Assembly (NCBI GenBank): GCA_046760505.1
Contig: JBHIEG010000006.1
Location: forward strand, 1 to 64,000
Length of the DNA stretch: 64,000 bases
Source of the DNA: Candidatus Hydrothermarchaeota archaeon
GTDB lineage: Archaea > CAYFZR01
Reading direction: 5' to 3'
The notes under the pieces: generated by a model
Told to the model about the DNA's origin: nothing
Seen by the model: the letters and a program-made list of their open reading frames with translations, nothing else
Database searches by the model: none
Shown here: one piece after another, positions 1-7,479 of the stretch
Numbering within the stretch: the stretch's first letter is position 1
Layout of the letters: each line of letters starts with the position of its first letter
Program-made: the position numbers and the translations under genes

Positions 1-37
1 AAATATATCAAATAGAAATACTTGATGATTCGCTGCT

Positions 38-661
38 ATGAGCAACAAGCAATACTTTAACGAAGTCGCGCATCGATGGGATGAGATGCGGGGAACTTTC
101 TTCTCTGAAGCAGTAAGAGAAAAGGCTATTTCTATCGCAAGTGTCCAACATGGTAAGATCGCTGCTGACATCGGAGCCGGAACAGGTTTTATTACCGAGG
201 GACTTATTCAAAGAGGTTTAAGGGTAATTGCCATGGATCAGTCCGAAGCGATGATCAGAGAGATGAAAAAGAAATTTAAAAATATTGAAACAGTTGATTA
301 CCGCATAGGCGAGGCAGAAAAACTTCCAATCGAGGATGAGGTCGTTGACTATGTGTTTGCCAATATGTTTCTGCACCATGTAGAGATACCTGAAATTGCA
401 ATCAAAGAGATGGCAAGAATCTTAAAGCCTGGTGACATTCTCGTGATAACCGATCTGGATGAGCACAATTTCGAATTCCTGAAAAAGGAGCACCATGATC
501 GCTGGATGGGTTTCAAGAGAGAAAATATCAAACGCTGGATCATGGAAGCGGGACTTAAAAACGTGAGGGTTGAGTGTTTAGGTGAGAGTTGTTGCGCTCA
601 ATCTAATGGTAAAGATGAATATGCAAGCATCAGCATATTCGTGGCTTTGGGTGAGAAATAG
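38..661 (+). CDS. Class I SAM-dependent methyltransferase (UbiE/ArsM-like) with C-terminal CC motif
   Basis: SAM motif I ADIGAGTG, motif II VIAMDQS, post-II ANMFLHH, ILKPGD; C-terminal CLGESCC. Confidence 0.85.
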   Translation: MSNKQYFNEVAHRWDEMRGTFFSEAVREKAISIASVQHGKIAADIGAGTGFITEGLIQRGLRVIAMDQSEAMIREMKKKFKNIETVDYRIGEAEKLPIEDEVVDYVFANMFLHHVEIPEIAIKEMARILKPGDILVITDLDEHNFEFLKKEHHDRWMGFKRENIKRWIMEAGLKNVRVECLGESCCAQSNGKDEYASISIFVALGEK

Positions 662-1005
662 GGAACACAAAGGTAATCGAGATGCTTTTGTACCTGTTCG
701 ATTTTTTAAAGAGATTCGTTTTTTCATCTAACAGCATTTGCGAAATTTTTGCTACGTAACCAAAAATATAAATACTTTGAAAAGGGCAGAGTAAACGCTC
801 AGGGAGGGTGGATAACATTTTTTTAATTTAAATGTGAATGCCAAAACAGTGCACGGCATGGGTGAGATTCTCAGAATAGTTGTGAAGGTTAAAGCAGCAA
901 CAGAAGATTAAGCATGCGAGTCTCTTTTACCGGTAGACCCATAAGTACTTTCCAATTAATTAAACCCGTGCTTGCAACCTCGGGTCACTCAGTGAGGTGA
1001 AAATC

Positions 1006-1208
1006 ATGGTTAAATAGATCGCTACATGCAACTACGTACCGGGAAAAAAGAAAGATTACAAAAAGCGGGTAAAGGATAGAGTTCGATGATGTCGTTTCAT
1101 GGGAAAAATACCCTAGGAGACCAGAGATTCAAAAGAATCCTAGGTGAGTGGCACGATATGGGTTCAGATCACCAAGCAGTACCGGTAGAGTTGATATACT
1201 CTGAGTAA
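1006..1208 (+). pseudogene. Degraded small dimeric alpha/beta-barrel-like gene
   Basis: SD GAGGTGA + ATG GTT AAA TAG; protein-like fragments in shifting frames (IATCNYVPGKKKDY / IEFDDVVSWEKY..PEIQK / ILGEWHDMGSDHQ..IYSE*). Confidence 0.4.
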
Positions 1209-1244
1209 ATTTCTTTTTCCCTTTTTATGATTCAGCACTGAGGA

Positions 1245-1283
1245 GGCGCGATGACGAAAATACCCGATTAAAAGGAGGTGAAA
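1245..1283 (+). repeat. 39-bp direct repeat, copy 1 (contains SD AAGGAGGTGA)
   Basis: GGCGCGATGACGAAAATACCCGATTAAAAGGAGGTGAAA; one mismatch to 1592-1630. Confidence 0.95.
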
Positions 1284-1285
1284 CT

Positions 1286-1579
1286 ATGCACGCAAGAGTG
1301 GTGACTGTCCAGATTCAGCCTGGCAAGATGGAGGAGACGATTAGTCTCTATCGGGATTCTGTGGTGCCGGCCGCCAAGCAGCAGCAAGGGTTCAAAGGCG
1401 CACTTCTCTTAACAGACTCCAACACGGGCAAAGCTCTCTCGATCGTTCTGTGGGAGACGGAAGCCGATATGAAGGTGACCGAGGCCAGTGGCTATTTCCA
1501 AGAGCAGATTGCCAAGTTTGCGGCTTTATTTGCGGCGCCGCCTGTCACGGAACACTATGAGGTTCGTGTCCAGGTGTAA
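1286..1579 (+). CDS. Antibiotic biosynthesis monooxygenase (ABM)-like dimeric barrel protein
   Basis: 97 aa, ARVVTVQIQPGK...QQGFKG...LWET...EHYEV pattern; strong SD; visibly GC-richer than flanks. Confidence 0.75.
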   Translation: MHARVVTVQIQPGKMEETISLYRDSVVPAAKQQQGFKGALLLTDSNTGKALSIVLWETEADMKVTEASGYFQEQIAKFAALFAAPPVTEHYEVRVQV

Positions 1580-1591
1580 GCCCACACCGAG

Positions 1592-1630
1592 GGCGCGATG
1601 ACGAAAATACCCAATTAAAAGGAGGTGAAA
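1592..1630 (+). repeat. 39-bp direct repeat, copy 2
   Basis: GGCGCGATGACGAAAATACCCAATTAAAAGGAGGTGAAA. Confidence 0.95.
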
Positions 1631-1633
1631 AAT

Positions 1634-1803
1634 ATCTCATAGATAAAAACAAGGCTATTGTTCGTCGGTTTGCCCCTACCGGCAAGCAGGTGACGTGGAC
1701 GGGGATGGCCATCTACCACCTTGCTGGCGGCAAGATCGAGTATATCTGGGGCTTGAATGATGCGTTGGGCATAATGCAACAGATCGGCTTCATCTCCCGA
1801 TGA
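1634..1803 (+). pseudogene. Ester cyclase/SnoaL-like pseudogene with large internal deletion and no start codon
   Basis: Frame reads IDKNKAIVRRF|APTGKQVTWTGMAIYHLAGGKIEYIWGLNDALGIMQQIG*: the typical N-terminal and C-terminal motifs are joined directly; ATC rather than ATG follows the SD. Confidence 0.75.
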
Positions 1804-1909
1804 GTAAGGGAGGGAACCTAAATTTGAAGGCCAAGAAATAGAGTTAGTGGGTAAACCGATAAATGGAAGCTTAAATAGTGTAATCTTAACAAGTAGAGGT
1901 GGAAGGAAG

Positions 1910-2326
1910 ATGAAAGAGCAAGAAAATGTGCAGTTAGTGAAAAAACATTTTGCGGCCTTTGAGCAGGGCAATCTACCTGCCGCCTTAAACATGTTGGCAG
2001 AGGATATTGATTTTCAGTCGCCAGTAACCCGTAACCCGTCAGTAGAAATCTCTTGGGCTAGACCGCGTCATGGCCGTGAGGAGGTTGCTGCTTTTTTCAA
2101 AGAACTCCTTGATAAGGTGCAGCCCGAACGGATGGAAATGATGGAGTTTACCGCCCAAGGAGACCGGGTAATCGTCGAGGGAAGAAACCGTGGTACCGTG
2201 AAATCTACCGGGCGCGCCTATGAGCACGATTGGGTGATGGTTTTCACTCTAAGCAGGGGTAAAATCGTCAGGTTCCGGCATTACTACGACACCGCTGATA
2301 TACTAGTGGCTTTTCGCGGCGAGTGA
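1910..2326 (+). CDS. NTF2/SnoaL-like family protein
   Basis: ENVQLVKKHFAAF..G, HGREEV..FF, GDRVIVEG, GKIVRFRHYYDT; ATG at 1910 after GAGGTGG. Confidence 0.85.
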   Translation: MKEQENVQLVKKHFAAFEQGNLPAALNMLAEDIDFQSPVTRNPSVEISWARPRHGREEVAAFFKELLDKVQPERMEMMEFTAQGDRVIVEGRNRGTVKSTGRAYEHDWVMVFTLSRGKIVRFRHYYDTADILVAFRGE

Positions 2327-2459
2327 ATCGCATCTCCAGTATTATGAAAATTTGATTGATAATCAGAAGTAGAAATTGATGGGTTAGGCATCGCATCAGA
2401 GCATCCCATATCATTTAAATAGCCAGATATTCACGGAAAAAATTGAAGAGTTTCAAAAA

Positions 2460-3116
2460 ATGAGCACGTATATATTGATGAAAATACTTGAATCCGCACC
2501 GAGTAGATACGATAAAGGCATTCGCATCCTGACACTTGGAAGATTGGATAGTGTCTACGACCGTTTGACGTCTCATATAAAAAAGGATCAAAAGGTTCTT
2601 GACATAGGATGTGGAACCGGGTCATTGAGTATTAGAGCCGCTAGGAGAGATGCAAAGGTTAAGGGGATTGATATCAATCCACAAATGTTAGAAATTGCAA
2701 AAAAACGGATAAATGAAGAAGGACTGACGGAAAACATAGAGTTGTGCGAAATGGGAGTTGCAGAGCTTGGAAGCGAAGAGTCAGCATGTTATGACGTGGT
2801 AATGAGTGGTCTTTGTTTCTCTGAGTTAACTGATGATGAGCTGAGCTATGCTTTGAAGGAAATAAAAAGAATATTGAAGCCGGGCGGTCTTTTACTCATT
2901 GCAGATGAAGTTGTACCCAAAAGCATTCCAAAAAGAGTACTTAACTGGATGATAAGATTTCCTCTCGTAACTATTACGTATCTAATTACCCAAACTAAGA
3001 CAAATGCAGTTAAGGATTTACCAGAAAAATTGAAAGAAGCTGGTTTTCTGGTAGAGAGAGTTAGATTGAGTAAGACAGAGAATTTTATCGAGTTAGTTGG
3101 AAGAAATCCTTTATGA
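2460..3116 (+). CDS. cpaM: Corrinoid protein-associated SAM methyltransferase (CpaM-like)
   Basis: N-terminus MSTYILMKILESAPSRYDKGI, VLDIGCGTG, SGLCFSEL; lies directly upstream of the HgcAB-like fusion. Confidence 0.75.
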   Translation: MSTYILMKILESAPSRYDKGIRILTLGRLDSVYDRLTSHIKKDQKVLDIGCGTGSLSIRAARRDAKVKGIDINPQMLEIAKKRINEEGLTENIELCEMGVAELGSEESACYDVVMSGLCFSELTDDELSYALKEIKRILKPGGLLLIADEVVPKSIPKRVLNWMIRFPLVTITYLITQTKTNAVKDLPEKLKEAGFLVERVRLSKTENFIELVGRNPL

Positions 3117-3125
3117 GGAGATTAA

Positions 3126-4268
3126 ATGAATTCGATAAAGTATATCGCTGTGAATATCGTTGAAACCTTGCTTAGGGTTCTTCCGTTTCCATGCAAAACA
3201 GGTTTGATCAAAATTGGAAATCCAAGTAGAGATTCACCGGTTTTTCTTACCTGCAATTATCATCTCACTGTAGAAAGGGTAAAAAGAGCATTGAAGGGTA
3301 TGAATGCTTATCTTCTTGTTGCTAACAGCAGGGGAATTAACGTATGGTGTGCATCTACGGGAGGGCATTTCACCAATCATGATGTTATTTCTGCTTTGAA
3401 AACCAGCGGAATCGAAGAACTTGTTAGCCATAGAAATGTGATAATGCCTCAACTCGCTGCAACAGGCGTTGAGGCTAAAATTATAAAGAAAAAGACAGGG
3501 TGGAACGTTATATGGGGCCCGGTATATGCGAAGGATATTCCTGCTTTTATTGAAAAAAATAACAAGAAAACTCCGAAAATGCGAGAAGTGGATTTTCCCT
3601 GGACTCAACGTATGGAGATGGCTTTTTCTTGGGCATTTCCTGTTTCTTTCATTCTCTCTCTCATATTGATTCCCATCTGGCGTGAAGCCATTTTTCCTCT
3701 TGTTTTCTTGGTTTGGGGCCTTTCTCTCCTGATCTTCATATCTTTTCCTATTTACAGTAACTTGCTAAGTATTGAGAAGAGGATTGCCCTCATTTTCTTC
3801 AATTTTGGAGGATTCCAGCTTGTCTTGTGGGTGATTACCATCTTTGGAATTGTTTTTTACTCCTTTTTAACTGGAGATTTCAATTGGAAATTCATTTTTC
3901 GATGGATTTTTATCTCATTCGTTGTCGTTGTCATGTTAAGCATTGATTTATTGGGAAGCACTCCTGTATACAAGAGTAGCTTGCACGACGATAGATATTT
4001 TAGAGTAATTATCGATGAGAATAAATGTAAGGGCACTGGTATCTGCGAGCAGGTTTGTCCGAGGAATTGCTACGAGTTGAATGGGGAGCAGCATGTTATA
4101 AGAATGCCACGAGCAGATAAATGCGTGAAATGTGGAGCATGCATCGTTCAATGTCCGTTCGATGCGTTGTACTTCAAAACTTTGAAAGAGGAGATAATAC
4201 CTCCTGAGACAATCAGAAAATTCAAGCTAAATCTGATGGGCAAGCGGACTGTTGAAGTCAGCGGTTGA
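3126..4268 (+). CDS. Fused HgcAB-like corrinoid/membrane/ferredoxin protein
   Basis: CdhE/HgcA-like domain (SPVFLTCNY..T, GINVWCASTGGHF, MPQLAA.G, WGPV), about 4-5 TM helices, C-terminal ferredoxin (CKGTGICEQVCP, CVKCGACIVQCP). Confidence 0.85.
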   Translation: MNSIKYIAVNIVETLLRVLPFPCKTGLIKIGNPSRDSPVFLTCNYHLTVERVKRALKGMNAYLLVANSRGINVWCASTGGHFTNHDVISALKTSGIEELVSHRNVIMPQLAATGVEAKIIKKKTGWNVIWGPVYAKDIPAFIEKNNKKTPKMREVDFPWTQRMEMAFSWAFPVSFILSLILIPIWREAIFPLVFLVWGLSLLIFISFPIYSNLLSIEKRIALIFFNFGGFQLVLWVITIFGIVFYSFLTGDFNWKFIFRWIFISFVVVVMLSIDLLGSTPVYKSSLHDDRYFRVIIDENKCKGTGICEQVCPRNCYELNGEQHVIRMPRADKCVKCGACIVQCPFDALYFKTLKEEIIPPETIRKFKLNLMGKRTVEVSG

Positions 4269-4400
4269 TACTCTGGAATAGATAAGACTGAATTTTCGAA
4301 TTGTGAGGAAAACAAGAGAAATTAAACCAATAAATTTACCCCGGGAAATGGGATTCAAGGGAAAAATCCCAATCACATACAGATGTTAAACTATAATTGG

Positions 4401-4835
4401 TCACCACAAAGATAACAATATCAATATATTTCCATTTCTAGTTGATATCGGTTTTCTTACGGTCACAACATCCTTAAATACAGGAATTTCAGATCCTTCT
4501 TCTAAAAATAGTTTACCTTCTCCAATTATTTTTAAATTAAACTGCATATCTAGGGGAAAATTATCTAATGCATATTCTAATGCAAGCTTTGCTGTGTTTC
4601 TGTCTGTGTTCTCGTAGGAAATGACGATTGTATCTATCAAGGTTTCATCCGGGATAGATAGATCTTTTTTTAATTCTAACGGGGTAGAAATATAGCCTAA
4701 AGCATCTAACGTAGAGTATCCGAGGTCCTGTCTATAGAGATACGGATACTTGGAGGTATATAGGGAAGAATAAAGCATTATGGAAAAAGAAACTACGAGT
4801 ATAAAGAGCAATCCTATCACTTGAAAGGCCCTCAT
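4401..4835 (-). CDS. Pilin-like protein (N-terminal hydrophobic helix)
   Basis: MRAFQ + ~20-aa hydrophobic helix followed by a beta-rich domain; last gene of the T4P-like operon. Confidence 0.5.
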   Translation of the reverse strand: MRAFQVIGLLFILVVSFSIMLYSSLYTSKYPYLYRQDLGYSTLDALGYISTPLELKKDLSIPDETLIDTIVISYENTDRNTAKLALEYALDNFPLDMQFNLKIIGEGKLFLEEGSEIPVFKDVVTVRKPISTRNGNILILLSLW

Positions 4836-5221
4836 AAGATCACCGTTAATCTCCCAGGCAAAAACCTAGAATCTCCTGTGTGAATACAAACTAGCCAAGA
4901 AAGTTTGATTCCTTCTTTATTTTCCCCCCATCTTTGAGTAATTCTCTTGCCGTCTAGGTAATACTCTAGGATAATTGATTTTCCTTTTACCCTAGATTTA
5001 TCCTCCAACTTGCAGGATTCAAGTATAATAGAACGGCTGGAATTGTACCCAGAATCGCTGTAGGCCTTTAAAAAATCACTTTTTATCTCTACAATCCTAT
5101 CGTATTCGCTCCGGATTTTCTCTCTCTGGAGCTCGATCTTGACTACATTTACCGCTACCGCAATCAGCATGATTACAACAACTACAAGTATTATATTACC
5201 GTAGACATCTTCAATATCCAT
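4832..5221 (-). CDS. Pilin-like protein
   Basis: MDIED + hydrophobic helix; overlaps both neighbours. Confidence 0.5.
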   Translation of the reverse strand: MDIEDVYGNIILVVVVIMLIAVAVNVVKIELQREKIRSEYDRIVEIKSDFLKAYSDSGYNSSRSIILESCKLEDKSRVKGKSIILEYYLDGKRITQRWGENKEGIKLSWLVCIHTGDSRFLPGRLTVIL

Positions 5222-5618
5222 CGGAAACTACCTCAAATTTATCGTATCTCTTCTTTATCTTTATTCTTGAATTACTCTTTATTTTACTGCAATTAACATG
5301 ATAGGAGATTGGAATGTTTACTGTATCACCATTGCTTAGGTATATGGAAACTAATGAATGAGAAGTGTTTTTGGGAACTATTTCTAATTCATAAGTGTAT
5401 CTGAAGGCTTTTTCTGGCAATTCGTATGATACCTCCACGTCAGATGGAGCGACATTCATGCTCGTGAGTATGTCTTCCAGCGAATTGGTGATGGAATAGC
5501 ACGCCTCATAACTTCTCCAAAGGATGTATCTGCTCCCTCCCTCCAAGGCGAATGTAAACAAAAGCAGTGTTACTGCGACCACAAACACAGTTCTTATACC
5601 AATCTCCATTGGTATCAC
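5211..5618 (-). CDS. Pilin-like protein
   Basis: MIPMEIGIR + hydrophobic helix; YELP..Y.Y.L.I pattern as in archaeal minor pilins; GTGA start/stop overlap. Confidence 0.55.
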   Translation of the reverse strand: MIPMEIGIRTVFVVAVTLLLFTFALEGGSRYILWRSYEACYSITNSLEDILTSMNVAPSDVEVSYELPEKAFRYTYELEIVPKNTSHSLVSIYLSNGDTVNIPISYHVNCSKIKSNSRIKIKKRYDKFEVVSDGY

Positions 5619-5764
5619 TTGCCTATCACAAAGGATGCGTTCCTCAAAGCCTCTTTTCCCACTTCAACGGTTTCAGCCCCTAAAGTTCTAATCACGTAAA
5701 TCACAAAGGCTAAAACGACTACTCCAATCACTATGGTTATTCCAACTCTGACACCAGCCTCCAT
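5615..5764 (-). CDS. Small (49 aa) Flp-like pilin candidate, absent from the ORF track
   Basis: MEAGVRVGITIVIGVVVLAFVIYVIRTLGAETVEVGKEALRNASFVIGK*; SD GGGGTGA; TAATG overlap with the upstream gene; fills the gap exactly. Confidence 0.7.
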   Translation of the reverse strand: MEAGVRVGITIVIGVVVLAFVIYVIRTLGAETVEVGKEALRNASFVIGK

Positions 5765-7479
5765 TAGATCACCCCCTTTATCAGTAGATAAATTAAAATC
5801 GGAAGCGAAAACATCGTTTGCGTTATAGAATTATATTTTCCAAGCGCTACTTGTAAGGTAATTCTATCTCCTTCCTCCAGTTCATTTATAACCCATACAA
5901 TAATCGTGGAAACAAAAAATAAAGTTATACATAAAATAACAAACATGAAAATTGGATCAGGAATCGAAAAATAAATTAAACTCCTCTCTCTCAAAACCGA
6001 GTTCAGATGGAAGAACATTCCCACAAACAACAACATTAAAAAAGATAGTACGGGGTTTATTATTTTTAAGAATGTTAAATTGCTCGTGGTTTCTAACTTC
6101 AACTCTCTTGAAAGATGATCAATGGACTTAAATGTTTCATGTAATCTTTTCATCGAATTACTGGCAGATACAGAATCTAATTCAATCAACAAGTCTGCAG
6201 TATCAGATATCATCTTGGCACTCTTTGAGTCTCTCAGTTCGGGAGATGCCGTAAAGAGTGCCTTGGTAAAAGTCATATTAAGGTTTTTTAAATTAAATAA
6301 AGTCTGTAAAAATATTTTTTGAATGAATTTATCCGTGAAAATATTTTTTACCTGCTCCAAACCTTTCGTCACGGTCCCATGACCTGACAAAGACTGGGCA
6401 AGTATCAAAGGCATGAGCTGTAAGTTTTGTTCTAACTCTTCGATCCTCCTTTTACTTTTTAACTGACCTTTAGAAGGCAAATATAACAAAAAAATGGATA
6501 TCAAAATCAGAAACAGTGGAACTACAAAAAATGTTCTTACATAAAAGTATGTAAGCGAGCAAAACAAAGTTATCGCCAAAAAAACAAGGAGTCTGGAAAT
6601 TTTGTAATCTTCCCTTTCAATGTATCCGTACGATAGGAGCAGAGGTTTATATCTGAGGAGATAAATGCCGTAGAGAAATATTATTGATGGCAAACCCATC
6701 AAAAAAAGAAAAATGTAAGCAGGAACTGAGAGTTCTCCCCCTATTACACTAAACATCAACGGTCCTATCATCAAAATTACTACGGGGGTTAAAACACCCA
6801 GATAAATATAATTTGTCAAATTATCGGAGAGTATTTTAACTTTTCTTCGATTTTCAAGGCGAATGTCCTTAGTATAATCTTCTATGGCACTTTCAAGCAT
6901 GAAATTCCTCTCATCTTTTTCTTTTACGTTTAATGCAATCAACAATCTTTCTGCAAATCTCCTAGCAGGGGCTGAAATTTTTTCAATTTCGTTGGCAAAA
7001 TCCAGAAGGGCCTCCTCAAAGGTATAGTAGTATCCTTGATTAATTCTAGAAATCGATAACTTTGCACTTTTCTCTAACGGTCCTGAGGAGTATCTTGTCG
7101 CGAATATGAATGCGTTGTATAGGTGGGGATTGATCTTTAGGTATGTCACCATGTCCAAGAAAAATCTTAGAATAACTGGAGAAATATCCGTTTTCTTCTT
7201 TTCTATCATGGATTTCAGGAAAAAAGTAATTATATCAGGTATAAAAATACCTGAAATCCCTAGTGCTCCCAGAATGAGCATGAAAGAGCCTATTAAACAT
7301 CCTGAGAGATCTCTAAATATAAAATAACTAATGGAGGCGAATAGGGTTCCTAAGATTAAAAGAGAGGTTGAGAGGAGAAAGACTAACTTAAAGAAGTATT
7401 TCCTTTCGATTCCAATGCTATCCATTTCCTCAAAAATCTCTCTCCTCCGGGTATTTTTGTAGAATTTCTCAGACAGCAT
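5764..7479 (-). CDS. TadC/ArlJ-like membrane platform protein (two T2SS-F-like repeats)
   Basis: Multi-TM with two cytoplasmic helical domains (..NPHLYNAF.FA...SGPL; ..GTVTKGL..V); directly downstream of the secretion ATPase; start uncertain (7479 or 7533). Confidence 0.7.
   Translation of the reverse strand: MLSEKFYKNTRRREIFEEMDSIGIERKYFFKLVFLLSTSLLILGTLFASISYFIFRDLSGCLIGSFMLILGALGISGIFIPDIITFFLKSMIEKKKTDISPVILRFFLDMVTYLKINPHLYNAFIFATRYSSGPLEKSAKLSISRINQGYYYTFEEALLDFANEIEKISAPARRFAERLLIALNVKEKDERNFMLESAIEDYTKDIRLENRRKVKILSDNLTNYIYLGVLTPVVILMIGPLMFSVIGGELSVPAYIFLFLMGLPSIIFLYGIYLLRYKPLLLSYGYIEREDYKISRLLVFLAITLFCSLTYFYVRTFFVVPLFLILISIFLLYLPSKGQLKSKRRIEELEQNLQLMPLILAQSLSGHGTVTKGLEQVKNIFTDKFIQKIFLQTLFNLKNLNMTFTKALFTASPELRDSKSAKMISDTADLLIELDSVSASNSMKRLHETFKSIDHLSRELKLETTSNLTFLKIINPVLSFLMLLFVGMFFHLNSVLRERSLIYFSIPDPIFMFVILCITLFFVSTIIVWVINELEEGDRITLQVALGKYNSITQTMFSLPILIYLLIKGVI

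Noticed and set aside
3126-4268. Calling this a true mercury methylase hgcA/hgcB
   Set aside because: The cap-helix motif deviates (NVWCASTGG), the gene is a fusion, and the HgcB terminal cysteines are absent.
5764-5785. In-frame upstream K-G-G-D-L-M-E that mimics a class III signal for the 49-aa pilin
   Set aside because: No start codon lies nearby upstream in that frame, and the codons coincide with the SD (GGGGTGA) inside the tadC-like gene, so it is probably coincidental.
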